A stretch of 64,000 bases of DNA, from NCBI GenBank assembly GCA_963829475.1, contig CAWHIU010000001.1, positions 11,790-75,789 on the forward strand. Direction: 5' to 3'. Below are positions 1-10,608 of the stretch, piece by piece. The notes beneath the pieces were generated by a model. The model had not been told where the DNA came from, did no database searches, and worked only from the letters and a program-made list of their open reading frames with translations. The first letter of the stretch is position 1. Every line of letters starts with the position of its first letter. Both the position numbers and the translations under genes were made by a program. Source of the DNA: an uncultured Actinomycetes bacterium (lineage in GTDB: Bacteria; Actinomycetota; Acidimicrobiia; IMCC26256; JANYLB01).

Positions 1-2544
1 GCTCACCTCGAGCGGGCTCATCGCCCAGCACGGCTTCAGCGCGGTGAGCATGTCGGGCGCTTCCTTGAACAGGCGCCGCAGCGGGATGTGCTTGCGCGCC
101 TTGGCGGCCTCGCGGGCGATGAGCGCGCTCTGCTCGGGGAACTCGTCTCGGGTCTGCACGATCCACTCGGCGACCGCCCGACGCACGCGGGCCGCGCCGG
201 AGTCGACGTGCTGCTCGTCGGCCCGGCGGAACTCGTTGACGAGCTCGTCGTGGAACTCGGCCGCCAGCGACACGACCTCGGGCTCGCCGATCAGCTCGTG
301 CTCGTAGATCGAGCTGAGCCAGCAGAACCGGAACGCCGCCTCGACCTCGGGGCCGGGCACGCCCGCGTCGACGCACGCGCGGTAGCAGTCGTCGACATGC
401 GAGCGCGCTCGACCAGCTGCATGACCCGGTGCAGCTCCGGCGCACTCATGGCGACGGCGCGCGCGTCGGCCAGGGCGTGGATCTGCGCGGCGAGATCGTC
501 GAGCGGGAGCTGGGTCCACGCGACGTTCGGCATCCAGCGGGCGAGCTCGGTGAGCGCGTCGGTGACCGACCCGGTCGCGAGCACGAGCGGGTCGACACCG
601 ACGAGCGCGCGAGGCCACCCGTTGTCGACCCGTCGCTCGACCCAGGCCGCGACCTGGTCACGCGCCGCGGTGACTGTTTCGAGCAGCTGCTTCGGTGACG
701 GCGACGAGACGCCCTGCTTCCAGTATGCGGTGGCTTCCTTGCGCGCGGCGCGGTAGTCGCCCGAGAAGAGTCGGGCCAACGGGGCCTTGTCGAGGGCGGC
801 GGCGAGCGCGTCGAGATCGCGTTGGTACAGCTGCGGGTCGATGGTGGCGAGGAGCTGCTGCACACCGACGACGAGCGCGATGGTGTCGCGCGCCTCGTCG
901 ATCGTGGCCGGGTGGCGCAGACCGGCCGCGTCGGTGAGCTCCTGCAGCACCGGACGCCACGCGGGGATGGCGGACTCGAGGGTGGCGACCGCTCCCAGCG
1001 CGGCGCGCACGTCGTCGGGCGTCTGCATGGTGTTCGCAGCCCACGGCGCACCGGTCGCGGGGAGACCACCGAGGCCGGCGAGGTCGCGCAGGGATTGCTG
1101 ACGCCTCGGCGGCGGCGTCACGGTCGAGCTGGGTGAGCACGGCCGGAGGGAAGCGGTAGGCGATGCGGGCCGACGGTGGGGTCTCGGGCAGGGCGCGCAG
1201 GATCGTGAAGAGGCTCTCGCCCCACGGGTCACGGGGGCGGTGCAGCGCCTCGGTGTAGCGGTTGAGGCGATCACGGCGGGCGACGAGGCCGGCCTGCTGG
1301 GTGGCGAGGTCGACGGCCGGGGTGGTGGCCGACGCCTGGAACGCGGCTTGAAGGTCTTGCGCGATGAGCCGACGGGACTGGGCCCGGTGGTGGAGGTCCA
1401 TCACGAGGTGACCGAGGTCTTCGGCGTCGAGCCGCTTGAGCACCGCGTCGATCGCGGCGCGCTTCTCGGCCACGAACAACACCCGCTGGCGGTGGGCGGC
1501 GAGCGTGGCGATGAGGTTCGCGATCGTCTGGCTCTTGCCGGTGCCGGGCGGGCCCTTCACGACGAGGTTGCTGCCCGCGAGCACCGCGTTGATCGCGGTG
1601 CTCTGGGTGCCGTCGGCATCGACGACGAGGAACTCGCTCGCCGGAGGTTGCAGATCGGGCAGCGCGGGGTCGACGTCGATCGCGCCGTCGCGCTGCGAGA
1701 CCGCGGCGCGCGCGGCTTCGTCGCCCGCGATCGCCGCGACGAGATCGTGCGCGATGAGCTGCGGCTCGCACGCCTCGAGGTCCTTGACCATCGGGAGCTT
1801 GTGGTACGAGAAGTTCGCGACCACGATGCGTTCGCTGACGGTGAAGCCGGGAACCTTGCCGGCCGTCTCCTTCTCGAGCCGTTCGAGCACCTCGGCGATC
1901 GGCCAGCCCGCGTCGCCGGCGGGCGCGACGCCGCCGAGGAGCAGATCGTCGAGCTCGGCCGCGTTCAGCTGGAGACCGAAGTCGGTGGCGAGCTTCTCGA
2001 TCAGCGTGGGGCTCACCTGCGGATCGCCGACCGTCTTGACGTCGAAGTCTTCCGCGGCGGCACCGCGGGGGGTGATGTCGAGCGGGAACAGCACGATCGG
2101 CGCCGCGGGCTGCGCGGCCGAGGTGGTCTCGGTCCAGTGCGCCATGCCGACGGCGAGGAACAACGTGCGGATGCCGCGCTCCTCGAACATCTCGTCGGCC
2201 TTGCCCGCGATCGGTGCGGGCGCGCCGCGCCTGTCGGGCGAGGCCGTCGGCGGTCGGGGGCTCGGCGGTCGGCGTGGTGCGCTCCGCCGCGGCGGCTCGG
2301 CCGGGCGGAAGAGCTGCGAGAGGGTGACGGTGCTGCCCGCGAGCAGGTGGTCGACGGCGACGGGATCGGCGGGCGCGGCCGGGGCACCGAGGTCGATGGT
2401 GCCGAGCTGCTGGTCGCGGTAGTAGAGGAGCCGGTTGCGGCCGCTCAGATCGACGAGCTGACGCTGCCAGACGTCGGACGCTCGACGAACGGCTGCGGCC
2501 CGCGGCCCGCCCGCGGTCTCGGGGGAAGCCCCGGCCTCGTCCAT
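1..2544 (-). CDS. DUF4011-domain superfamily I helicase (Hhe-like architecture), 3' end runs off the window, frameshifted near ~1100 and ~380
   Basis: WQRQLVDLSGRNRLLYYR and EERGIRTLFLAVG (DUF4011-type motifs); Walker A GPPGTGKSQTIANLIA; VLFVAEKRAAIDAV; window start translates to LKPCWAMSPLEVS, typical of this family. Confidence 0.85.
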
Positions 2545-2619
2545 CGAACGAGGATGTCACACGGGTGGGTCAGCAACGGGGTGCCCGTCGCTTCACCCGG
2601 GCGGTATCAGCGCGCGAGA

Positions 2620-3218
2620 CCGGTGATCGCGGTGAGCACGGCAAAGCCGGCGATCATCGTCCTTCGGAGTTCAGCGGGGTGTGATGGTGGCGAGTAGATC
2701 CCAGTTCGGTCGGCCGCAGTAGAGCAGGACGCGGGTCCGGTAGTGGTCGAAGCGCCGGAACCCGAACCCGATGCGTTTGATCCGTTTGATGAGGTTGTTG
2801 GTCGCTTCGGTCGGCCCGTTCGACACTCGGGCTTGGTGCCAGGCGAGGATCTGGTCTCGCCAGGCGCGCAGAGTCCGGCTGAGGGAACGGACCTCGGCTG
2901 GATGGTCGTCGTCGGCGCAGTCGTCGATGAGTTCGTCGAGGTAGCTCTCGGCGGCTTCGGGGGTTTCGACGTCGTAGAACCCGCGGAGCGTCTCCTTCGC
3001 ATGCCAGGTCATGCGAACCTCGCCGCGGGGGTCGCCGGCTTCGAGTAAGCCCATGAGCTTCGTCGTTGCCTGTGTCGTCGAGTCGTTCGTGTCCCTTCGT
3101 CAACAGTCGCCGCGACCGGTAGAGCGGGTCGTCTTTGCGGCCACGATGCCCGAGCGTGTCGTTCTGCACGCGCGTGCCGGTGATCGCGGTGAGCACGGCG
3201 AAGCCGGCGATCATCGTC
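2620..3218. repeat. 42-bp direct repeat (2620-2661 and 3177-3218, 1 mismatch) flanking the ISL3 fragment
   Basis: ccggtgatcgcggtgagcacggc(a/g)aagccggcgatcatcgtc read directly at both positions. Confidence 0.95.
2662..3176 (-). mobile_element. ISL3-family transposase 3' fragment (5'-truncated) with probable partial right end
   Basis: RVQNDTLGHRGRKDDPLYRSRRLL ... SNGPTEATNNLIKRIKRIGFGFRRFDHYRTRVLLYCG are ISL3 transposase motifs; there is no N-terminal half. Confidence 0.85.
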
Positions 3219-3292
3219 GTGATGGTCCACATCATGTTGACGCGCATGCCGCGCTCCATCGACGTCCGGAGATCGGCCATCTCGATGTGCAG

Positions 3293-3491
3293 GCCCGAGC
3301 CCAGCTCTGTCATCTCGACACGCAGGGCAGTGAAGAGCGGGCCGACCCCAGCTCTGCCATCTCGACGCGGAGGGCCGACCCCAGCTCTGTCATCTCGACG
3401 CGGAGCCCGGAGCCCAGCTCGGCGATTTCCGATCGCAGCTCGGCTCGGACACCGGCAATCTCGGCCCGGACACCGGCAATCTCGGCCCGGA
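3293..3491. repeat. Coding tandem repeats: ~3.5 x 33 bp (LRVEMxELGSx) and 2 x 21 bp (RAEIAGV)
   Basis: cccagctctg(t/c)catctcgac recurs near 3300, 3347 and 3380; cggacaccggcaatctcggcc occurs at 3446 and 3467. Confidence 0.9.
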
Positions 3492-3808
3492 GCTCCTTGC
3501 CCAACACGGCGACGTCAGCTTTCACCGCGACGATGTCGGACTTGGTTGCGACCTCGGCCCATCCGCCCGGCGGAAGCATCTCCATCAGCGTCCCTGCGAT
3601 ATCGGGGCCCCAGGACTCCCTGGCCGCCTCGTGCAACGCGATTCGGTTTCGTTCGTCGATACTCACACTTCCTCCTCCTGACGTGATCGATGCAGAGGGG
3701 GAAGCTCTGCGCAGAGGCTACCGCAGGGGTGTCGCAGGCTCACTCGGGGACGACTGCTCGTTGGTGGTGAGGCGGGCGTAGTTGTCCGACCCTGTCGGTG
3801 ACCGGTGC

Positions 3809-4318
3809 ATGGCGGCATGGACGAACATCGGACTCACGGACGACGCCGCAACCCTGCTCACGACCCAGGTCGTCGACGACACGGTCGCGACCGGCCACCT
3901 CGGCTGGCGCGAGTCGATCGAGCCGAAGACCTGGGTCCGCAACCGCGAAGAGGGGCTGTCGATCGTCGCCGCGGCCCGCACGCGCGTGCCCGTCGGCGTC
4001 GATCTCGTCGTGCTGCTCGACACCGAAGGGGGTTGGATCGATGCGTTCCAGATGGAACCCGGGACACCGCTTCCGGAGATCATCGAGGTGTGCGCGAGCC
4101 GCATGGTTCCGGGCGCGGCGATCCTCGTCGTCAGCAACCGCACCGGCGAGGTCCCGACCGACCGGCCCGACGACGAGCTCGTCTGGGAAGAGATCGCCGG
4201 GATTGCCGCGAGCTACGGCGTCACCCTGCTCGACTGGTTCGTGTTCTCCGGCCCGTGGAGCTTCTCGGTCACGGAGTTCTCACCATCCGGTGACGGGTGG
4301 GCGAACTTCGGCCCGTAG
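3809..4318 (+). CDS. Hypothetical protein, degenerate RadC/JAB-like fold (start may be 3782)
   Basis: LVVLLD...AAILVVSNRTGEVPTDRPDDELVWEEIAGIAASYGVTLLDWFVF parallels the RadC C-terminus, but the HxH metal ligands are absent. Confidence 0.5.
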   Translation: MAAWTNIGLTDDAATLLTTQVVDDTVATGHLGWRESIEPKTWVRNREEGLSIVAAARTRVPVGVDLVVLLDTEGGWIDAFQMEPGTPLPEIIEVCASRMVPGAAILVVSNRTGEVPTDRPDDELVWEEIAGIAASYGVTLLDWFVFSGPWSFSVTEFSPSGDGWANFGP

Positions 4319-4339
4319 CCGAGCTAGATGTTGCGCGGA

Positions 4340-4919
4340 TCAGTCGATGATTCGGAACGTGAGGTTGACGCGTGGGTCGACTGCGCGTGCCGTCTTGGGG
4401 ATCTGGTGCTTCCAGCATCGCTGCGTCGGGCCGCGCATCACGAGCAAGCTGCCGTGCGTCAGCTCGAGATCGACGCGCCGGGCCGCGTCGACCTGGTGAC
4501 GCAACTGGAACTTCCTCGTCGCGCCGAAGCTCACCGACGCGATCAACGGTTCGGGACCGAGCTCGGGTTCGTCGTCGCTGTGCCACGCGACGCTGTCGTC
4601 GCCGTCTCGATAGAGGTTGAGCAAGACGCTGTTGAACGCGCCCGCCGTGTGCTTCTCGACCGCGGCCTTGATCTCGAGGAGCGGCGCGGTCCACGGCTCG
4701 GGTTGCATCGCGATCCGCGGAGTACGTGTAGGCCTTGCCCGGATCGCCGTGCCAGGCGGTGAGGCGCGGCACCGCCATCGATCGGCCGTACATCGTGACG
4801 TGTTCCTGCCGCCATGTGGTCGTCTCGTCGAGGGCCGCGAACAGACGGTCGCTGTCGGACGGCGAGAAGAGCTGCGGGACCAGGACGATGTCGGCGTCGG
4901 GCAGGTCGAACCGTTGCAC
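4340..4919 (-). CDS. alkB: AlkB-family 2OG-Fe(II) dioxygenase (ALKBH2/3-like), frameshift ~4715
   Basis: VPRLTAWHGD; FNSVLLNLYRDGDDSVAWHSDDE (HxD); IASVSFGATRKF; WKHQIPK; RVNLTFR. Confidence 0.9.
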
Positions 4920-4966
4920 GGTCGCGAGTATGTACGGATGGTCGGCGTGGCGCCGGTACGCGGGTG

Positions 4967-7763
4967 TCAGTGAGACTGATCGAGGCGCAGCGCGGAGATC
5001 CGATTCCGCCGGGACCGGGCGAAGGCGACGAGGACGAGTCCGACCACGAGCAGCAGCACGCCGTCGCGCACGAGCGTCGTCGGCGAGCTCGCGCCGGTGC
5101 GGGGAAGGGTTCCCGAGGTGACACCGGTGCTCGCCGGATCATCGGGCGTGGTCCCACCCGCGGTCGGCGAGTCGGTCGAGGCCAACGTCGCACCTGAGGA
5201 TTCGGAGGTGGCGAGGATCGAGCCACCGGAGTCGGCCGACACCCAGCAGGCGTAGCGCGCGCCCGAGGTCAGCCCCGTCACCGTGAGCGGCGAACCGGGA
5301 CCGCTCGCGGTACCCGAGGCACCACCACTCGGCGATGTGCACGTGACGGTGTAGGCAACCGGGGCGGGTGCCGCGGCGGCGCTCGAGACACCCGAAGCAC
5401 CCAGTCCGGTGAAGTCGGGAGTGCTGAACGCGACGGTGAGCGAGTTCGGGCCCGGGGTGATCGACGTGATCGCGATCGACCCGCATCCGAAGCAGGTGTT
5501 GTATCCGGTGAGGGTCGCGCCGGGAGTCACCGTCACCAGGTTCGCACCCTGCGCGATCGGGTCGGGCCCACCCTGACCGTCACCGGTGATGCTCAAGGGG
5601 ACGTTGTGCCACCAGACCCCGGGGTAGTTCACGCCCGCGACGGTGGGATCGGGCACGAGCGGCTGGGGGTTGCCACCCGTGCACCCGAGGAACGCGAGCG
5701 CGTACGTGCCCGACGGCACGTTCGGGATCGTGTACGAACCGTCGGGCTGCACGGCACCGAAGAGCGCGAACTGGTTCGGGAGGTACGCGATGACACAGCC
5801 GCTCGTCATCGCGGCACCGCGCGCGTTGACGACAGTGCCCGAGATGGAACCCGCAGCGCCGCGCGCGAGCGATGCGTCGATGCCCGACACCGTCGCGCCG
5901 GTCGCGACGTGCACGAGGTCTCGCGGTGGCCGGGGTCGACCGGCCGTTCCACCACTGGCCGGCGTAGGTGGGTGAGCCGCTGCAGTCGACGAACTGGACC
6001 TTGTAGTTGCCTGGTTTCGCGAGGACGATCGTGTAGCGACCGCTCGAGTCAGTGGTCGAGAGACCTCCGACGAACGTGCCGGTCGTCGCCTGGGCGCAGA
6101 TCCCCTGCAGCGGGTGACCACCTCTGTCGGTGACGGTGCCGGTGATCGACCCGGCCGCTGCGAGTTGCGCGTTGACGCCGGTGCGGGCATCACCCGGCGC
6201 GAGCACGATGGCGTTCGCCGTCGACGACGTGGCCTGGTTCTTCCACCACTCCTGGACGTACGGGCCGACCGCGTTGCAGTCGCGGAACACGACCTTCACG
6301 TTCGTGGCCGGGAGACCGGTGATCGTGTACGTGCCGTCGGACGCGGTCGACGTGCCCGCGATGCCCTCGACCCCGCCGTCGCTCGAGTCGACCGCGGCGG
6401 AGACGCAGATGTTGCCGACCGGGAGACCGGTCGGACCGGTGACGCGTCCGGCGACGCTCGCGCCGACGGCGAGCGTCGCGTCGATGCCACCGTGGACGGG
6501 GCCGTCGCCCGAGGAGAGGGTCAACGTGTCGCTGTCGATGCGGGTCAACTTGCCGCTCCAGTACTGGCCCGCGAAGGACGGCGTGCCCTGGAACTGGACC
6601 TCGTAGGTACCGGGCGGAAGCGCATTGGTCGTGTAGTGGCCGGAGGGGTCGGTCTGGGCCCACGCCGATGAGCCGGAGCCGGTGGGGTTCACGTTGACGC
6701 TCACGTTCGGGATCGGGTTGCCACCCGAGTCGGTGACCGTTCCGCTCACCTCGATCCCGGTGGCGAGGTGTGCATCGACACCCGTCTGGACCGCGCCCGC
6801 GGTGAGCACGAGCGGAGTCGAGCTGTTGAAGTCGGCCTGGCCGCTGTACCACTGGTCGATGTGCGGACCGCTGCTGCAGTCGCGGAAGTGGATGCGGACG
6901 TCGGTCGGCGGCAGCCCGCCGAGCGTGTACGTGCCGTCACCCGCCGTCTGCGTGCCGTTGATCCCGGACCAGCCGTTCCCGTTGCCGTTCGAGATGTTGG
7001 CGTCGACGCAGACCGACGAGAGTGGCGTTCCCCCCGCGTCGGTGACCGTGCCCTGGATCGTCGCGGCGGTCGCCAGCTGCGCGTCGACTCCGCCGTGGAC
7101 GGGGCCGGCCGCGGTGTCGAGCACCAGGGAGTCGGCCGTGTTCCATGTCACCTGGTTGTTCCAGTACTCAGCCGCGAACGTCGGATCGGTCGGGGAGAAC
7201 TGCACCTTGTAGCTGCCGGGTGCGATCGGGGCGGTCGCGTAGGTGCCGTCGGGCGCGGTCTGCGCGTAGCCCGACGGCCCCGAGCCATTCGAGTTCACGT
7301 TGACGTTCACGTTCGGAATCGGGTTGCCACCGGAGTCGGTGATCGTGCCGGTCACCGAGACGCCGGCGGTCATCGACACGTCGGACAACGGGGTGTCGAC
7401 GAGGTCGACGACGTTCACCGGGTCGGCGCTGCCCTGGTCGGTACGGCCGAGGTACCACTGGGTGACGTACGCCGGGCTCGCGTTGCAGTCGCTGTACTGG
7501 ACCACGTACGAGCCGGCGGCGAGGCCGGTCAAGGAGTACACGCCCGACGAGTCCGTGACCGTCGATGCCCCTCCGGGGACGCCCACGCAGATCCCCTGGA
7601 GTGGAACCAGGCCGGGCGCGACGACGCGTCCGGAGATCGAGCCGCCACCTCCCGGAGGCGCCGAACCCGCGGGGACGGCGGAGAGACCGACCGTGCCGAT
7701 TGTGATCAGTGCCACCGCGACGGCCGCGAGGGCACGAGCTGCACAACTCTTGCCCAATTCCAT
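4967..7763 (-). CDS. Large secreted surface protein with repeated carboxypeptidase-regulatory-like (Ig-type) domains and LPXTG sortase anchor, frameshift ~5915-5945
   Basis: Signal peptide; about 7 repeats of SISGTVTD.GG.P..xCV...T..DG.Y...GLP.G.Y.V.F.DC...Y..QW; C-terminal LPRTG, hydrophobic helix and RSRRNR basic tail. Confidence 0.8.
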
Positions 7764-7883
7764 GTAGAAGTTGTCGGCCGCGATCGTCGTTTCTTGAGCG
7801 CGCAGCCATCGGCGCGCGGCACATCTCGCGGTATGCGCCGGTTCGTCGCACCCGATTGTGGTGGAACCGCGAAGTTCGCCCGA

Positions 7884-8162
7884 CTAGACGACGAAGGGTT
7901 CGAGACCGAGACGGGCGCGGACCTCGGGGCGACGCAGCGGCGGCACCGACTTGGGCGGCTGACGCCGCTTGGGGACGTCGGCCAGCACCGCCTGCGTGAC
8001 GGCCGCCACCTCCATCGCCGCGAGTTCGAGCCGCTCGGCCAGCACCGGGTTCGGCTTGGTGACGCCGGTGACCTTGCGGATGTACTGACGGGCCGCCGCT
8101 TCGATCTCTTCGACCGTCGCAGCGGGTTCCAGACCACGGAGCTCAGTGATGTTCCTGCACAT
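7884..8162 (-). CDS. DUF2277 family protein
   Basis: MCRNITELRGLEPAATVEEIEAAARQYIRKVTG is the characteristic N-terminus. Confidence 0.85.
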   Translation of the reverse strand: MCRNITELRGLEPAATVEEIEAAARQYIRKVTGVTKPNPVLAERLELAAMEVAAVTQAVLADVPKRRQPPKSVPPLRRPEVRARLGLEPFVV

Positions 8163-8186
8163 GCGGCAATCGTAAATGACGAGGGG

Positions 8187-8231
8187 TTGACAATCTCCGC
8201 GTCCCTTGCCAGAATACGAACATATGTTCGA
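8187..8231 (+). promoter_or_regulatory. SigA-type promoter with a LexA (SOS) box over the start codon
   Basis: TTGACA 8187-8192, 17-bp spacer, CAGAAT 8210-8215; perfect palindrome CGAACATATGTTCG 8217-8230 matches the actinobacterial GAAC-N4-GTTC box. Confidence 0.85.
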
Positions 8232-9393
8232 TCCGCTGGAGCACATGGATGCGCTTCGTGAGGCGCCCACGTTCGTCTTGGAAGACGTGCACGCGCAGCT
8301 CGACGTGCTCGAGAGCATGGTTCGGGCGCACCGGCTCCTCGTGCTGGCACTGCTCGACGAGCGCGACATCGGCACCGACAACGGCGCGGCCGACACCGTC
8401 ACCTGGTTGCAGCGCGTCGGTCGTACCAGCCTGTCCGACGCCCGCGCCCAGGTCTCGACGGCGCGTGCGCTCGCTCTCCTCCCGGCGGTGGCCGCGGTGG
8501 CGTGCGAGGGCCAACTCGGGCGGGAGCAGCTCCGTGAGACCGCGCTCGGTGCCACACCCGAGACCGACGAGGCGTGGGCGAACAACGCACCGGGTTGGAC
8601 GCCGTCGATGTTGTCGCGCGCGCGTCGCAGCGACGAGGTGGTCACGAGTGAAGACGCGATCGAGCGTCATCAGCGCCGCTTCGTGTCGTGGCAGGTCGAC
8701 GCGAAGCACGGAATGGTGCACGGCCGTTTCGCGCTTGCCGACACCGACGGCGCGACGCTGGTGAAGGCGCTGGAACGTATGGCCGAGAAGGTCGGCAAGG
8801 GTCCCGACGGCTGGGAGCCGGTCGGGGCCCGCTACGCCGATGCGCTCGTCTCGCTCGCGAGTCACGAGATCGCGCAAGACGCTGATCCTGACCGGGCCAC
8901 CATCGTCATCCACACGCCGTCATCCGCTCTGCGTGAGAACAGCGAGGTCGGTGGCGCGACGCTCGAAGACGGCGACATCACGATCGCGAACGCCACCGTC
9001 CGCCGGTACTGCTGCGACGCGCGGCTCCAGATCCTCGAGGTCTCCGACAACGACATCCCGCTCCGGCTGTTCCGGGTGCAACACACGATCCCGCCGTACA
9101 TGCGCCGCCTCCTCCGTCGGCGCGATCAGACCTGCCGATGGCCGGGCTGTGAGAAGACTCGGGCATTGCGTGGCCACCATCTCCAGTTCTGGGAAGACGG
9201 CGGCGAAACGAACATGGAGAACCTGGCGATGCTCTGCACGATGCACCATCGCACGGTCCACGAGCACGGGTGGGCGATACGCGGGGATCCGAACGAGGTC
9301 GACGGCCTCGAGGTGTTCCGGCCCGATGGCTCCGTGCTCGAGACGCGACCACCACCGCTCGACGACCACCTTCGCAAACGATTCGTCGCCTGA
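8224..9393 (+). CDS. DUF222 + HNH endonuclease (13E12-repeat-like)
   Basis: ARYADALVSLA; RRYCCDA; RRDQTCRWPGC...HHLQFWEDGGETNMENLAMLCTMHHRTVH. Confidence 0.9.
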   Translation: MFDPLEHMDALREAPTFVLEDVHAQLDVLESMVRAHRLLVLALLDERDIGTDNGAADTVTWLQRVGRTSLSDARAQVSTARALALLPAVAAVACEGQLGREQLRETALGATPETDEAWANNAPGWTPSMLSRARRSDEVVTSEDAIERHQRRFVSWQVDAKHGMVHGRFALADTDGATLVKALERMAEKVGKGPDGWEPVGARYADALVSLASHEIAQDADPDRATIVIHTPSSALRENSEVGGATLEDGDITIANATVRRYCCDARLQILEVSDNDIPLRLFRVQHTIPPYMRRLLRRRDQTCRWPGCEKTRALRGHHLQFWEDGGETNMENLAMLCTMHHRTVHEHGWAIRGDPNEVDGLEVFRPDGSVLETRPPPLDDHLRKRFVA

Positions 9394-9442
9394 AGATGTC
9401 GCGGCGCGGCATGTGACAGGGCCGCGTGGGTAGGTTGGCGCC

Positions 9443-10009
9443 ATGATCCGAGAACTTCGCGTTGCGCTCGACCGTACGGCGGAGATCGTCGCGGCAATCC
9501 CCGAGGACCGCTCCGGCGATCCGACGCCCTGCCCGGAGCTCGACGTGCGCGGGTTGACGAACCACCTCGTCGCGGGGAACATCAGCTTCGCCGGTGCCGC
9601 GAACGGTGACGGGTTCGACTTCAGCCTCTTCCAGCAGGATCATCTCGGCGACGACCCGGCCGGCGCCTTCCGCCAGTCGGCTGAGATGGCGATCGCGGCC
9701 TGGCAGCGGCCGGGTGTGCTCGACGAGAAGCTCGGCATGGGCGACATGCCGGGGTCGGCCGTGATCCGGATGCATCTCGCCGAGGAGCTCGTCCACGGAT
9801 GGGATCTCGCCGTCGCGACCGACCAGTCGCGGGAGATCGACGCCACGCTCGCCGCGATCGCGCTCGAGATGCTGCGGGCCGTGCCCGAAGCGATGCTGCG
9901 GGGACCGGCGTTCGGACCCGAAGTCGAGCTCGCGGCCGACGCGTCGACCGGCGACGCGCTCGTCGCGTTCCTCGGGCGGGATCCCGCCTCGCCGATCGGC
10001 GAGCGGTGA
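9443..10009 (+). CDS. TIGR03086 family metal-binding protein (MDMPI/DinB superfamily)
   Basis: PTPCPELDVRGLTNHLV; EELVHGWDLAVAT; LVAFLGRDP. Confidence 0.9.
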   Translation: MIRELRVALDRTAEIVAAIPEDRSGDPTPCPELDVRGLTNHLVAGNISFAGAANGDGFDFSLFQQDHLGDDPAGAFRQSAEMAIAAWQRPGVLDEKLGMGDMPGSAVIRMHLAEELVHGWDLAVATDQSREIDATLAAIALEMLRAVPEAMLRGPAFGPEVELAADASTGDALVAFLGRDPASPIGER

Positions 10010-10564
10010 TCAGCCGGCGGTGATCGTCGCGTACATGCCGTGCTGGAAGTGGTTGAGCACGGTGCCGTCGGGAAGCGCCGTGTCGATGTTGCAGATCATC
10101 ACGTAGGTACCGGGCGTGAGGGTGATCGCCTTCGTGACGGTCTTCCCCGGCTGCACCGAGGCTTCACCCGGCAGATCAGCTTGGGGAATCGCTTCTTCGT
10201 CGACATCTCCGACCGCGCGGTCGGCCGTCGCGACGGTCACGCGAGGCAGCGACGCGGCGTCGGGCGCCTTCACGAGCACCATCTCGTGCTCGATCGATCC
10301 GACGTTCTTGACCACGAAGGTGACCTTGCCCGCCTTGACCGAGGTGGGCACCGCGGCCATCGAGTACTCCTCGAGCCGCACGTTCACCTTGGTGCCCAAC
10401 AGCCCACCGGCGGCCAGCGCCTGGACCTTGTCCTTCGCATCGTTGCTGCGGGACCACGCCTGCCCGGCGACCACGACGGCCACGAACGCGAGCATCAAGG
10501 CCAGGAGCGAGAAGATCAGACTCCCGACGTGGAACACATCGCGGTCACCCTTGGAGAGCGGCAC
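10010..10564 (-). CDS. Membrane-anchored cupredoxin (type I copper protein)
   Basis: N-terminal TM helix; VKNVGSIEHEMV and PGTYVMICNI...NHFQHGM supply His/Cys/His/Met ligands. Confidence 0.8.
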   Translation of the reverse strand: MPLSKGDRDVFHVGSLIFSLLALMLAFVAVVVAGQAWSRSNDAKDKVQALAAGGLLGTKVNVRLEEYSMAAVPTSVKAGKVTFVVKNVGSIEHEMVLVKAPDAASLPRVTVATADRAVGDVDEEAIPQADLPGEASVQPGKTVTKAITLTPGTYVMICNIDTALPDGTVLNHFQHGMYATITAG

Positions 10565-10608
10565 GCCTCACCTCCCCGGCAGTTGCACACGACACCCTGT
10601 CGACGACC

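Larger units (their letters stand above)
2607..3666 (-). pseudogene. DUF1640/CCDC90-like coiled-coil protein with C-terminal membrane anchor, interrupted by an IS fragment and a 14-bp frameshift near 3327-3340
   Basis: MSIDERNRIALHEAARESWG...LMEMLPP..WAEVATKSD, then 7- and 11-residue coiled-coil repeats; hydrophobic end WTITTMIAGFAVLTAITG; the original end MIAGFAVLTAITGLAR* lies at 2607-2657. Confidence 0.6.

Noticed and set aside
3293-3491. Regularly spaced repeats as a CRISPR array
   Set aside because: Units are contiguous multiples of 3 inside a coding frame, with no unique spacers and no cas operon
7838-7869. Hairpin downstream of DUF2277 as another REP element
   Set aside because: Short, relies on G-U pairs, unlike the other palindromes; may be an ordinary terminator or chance
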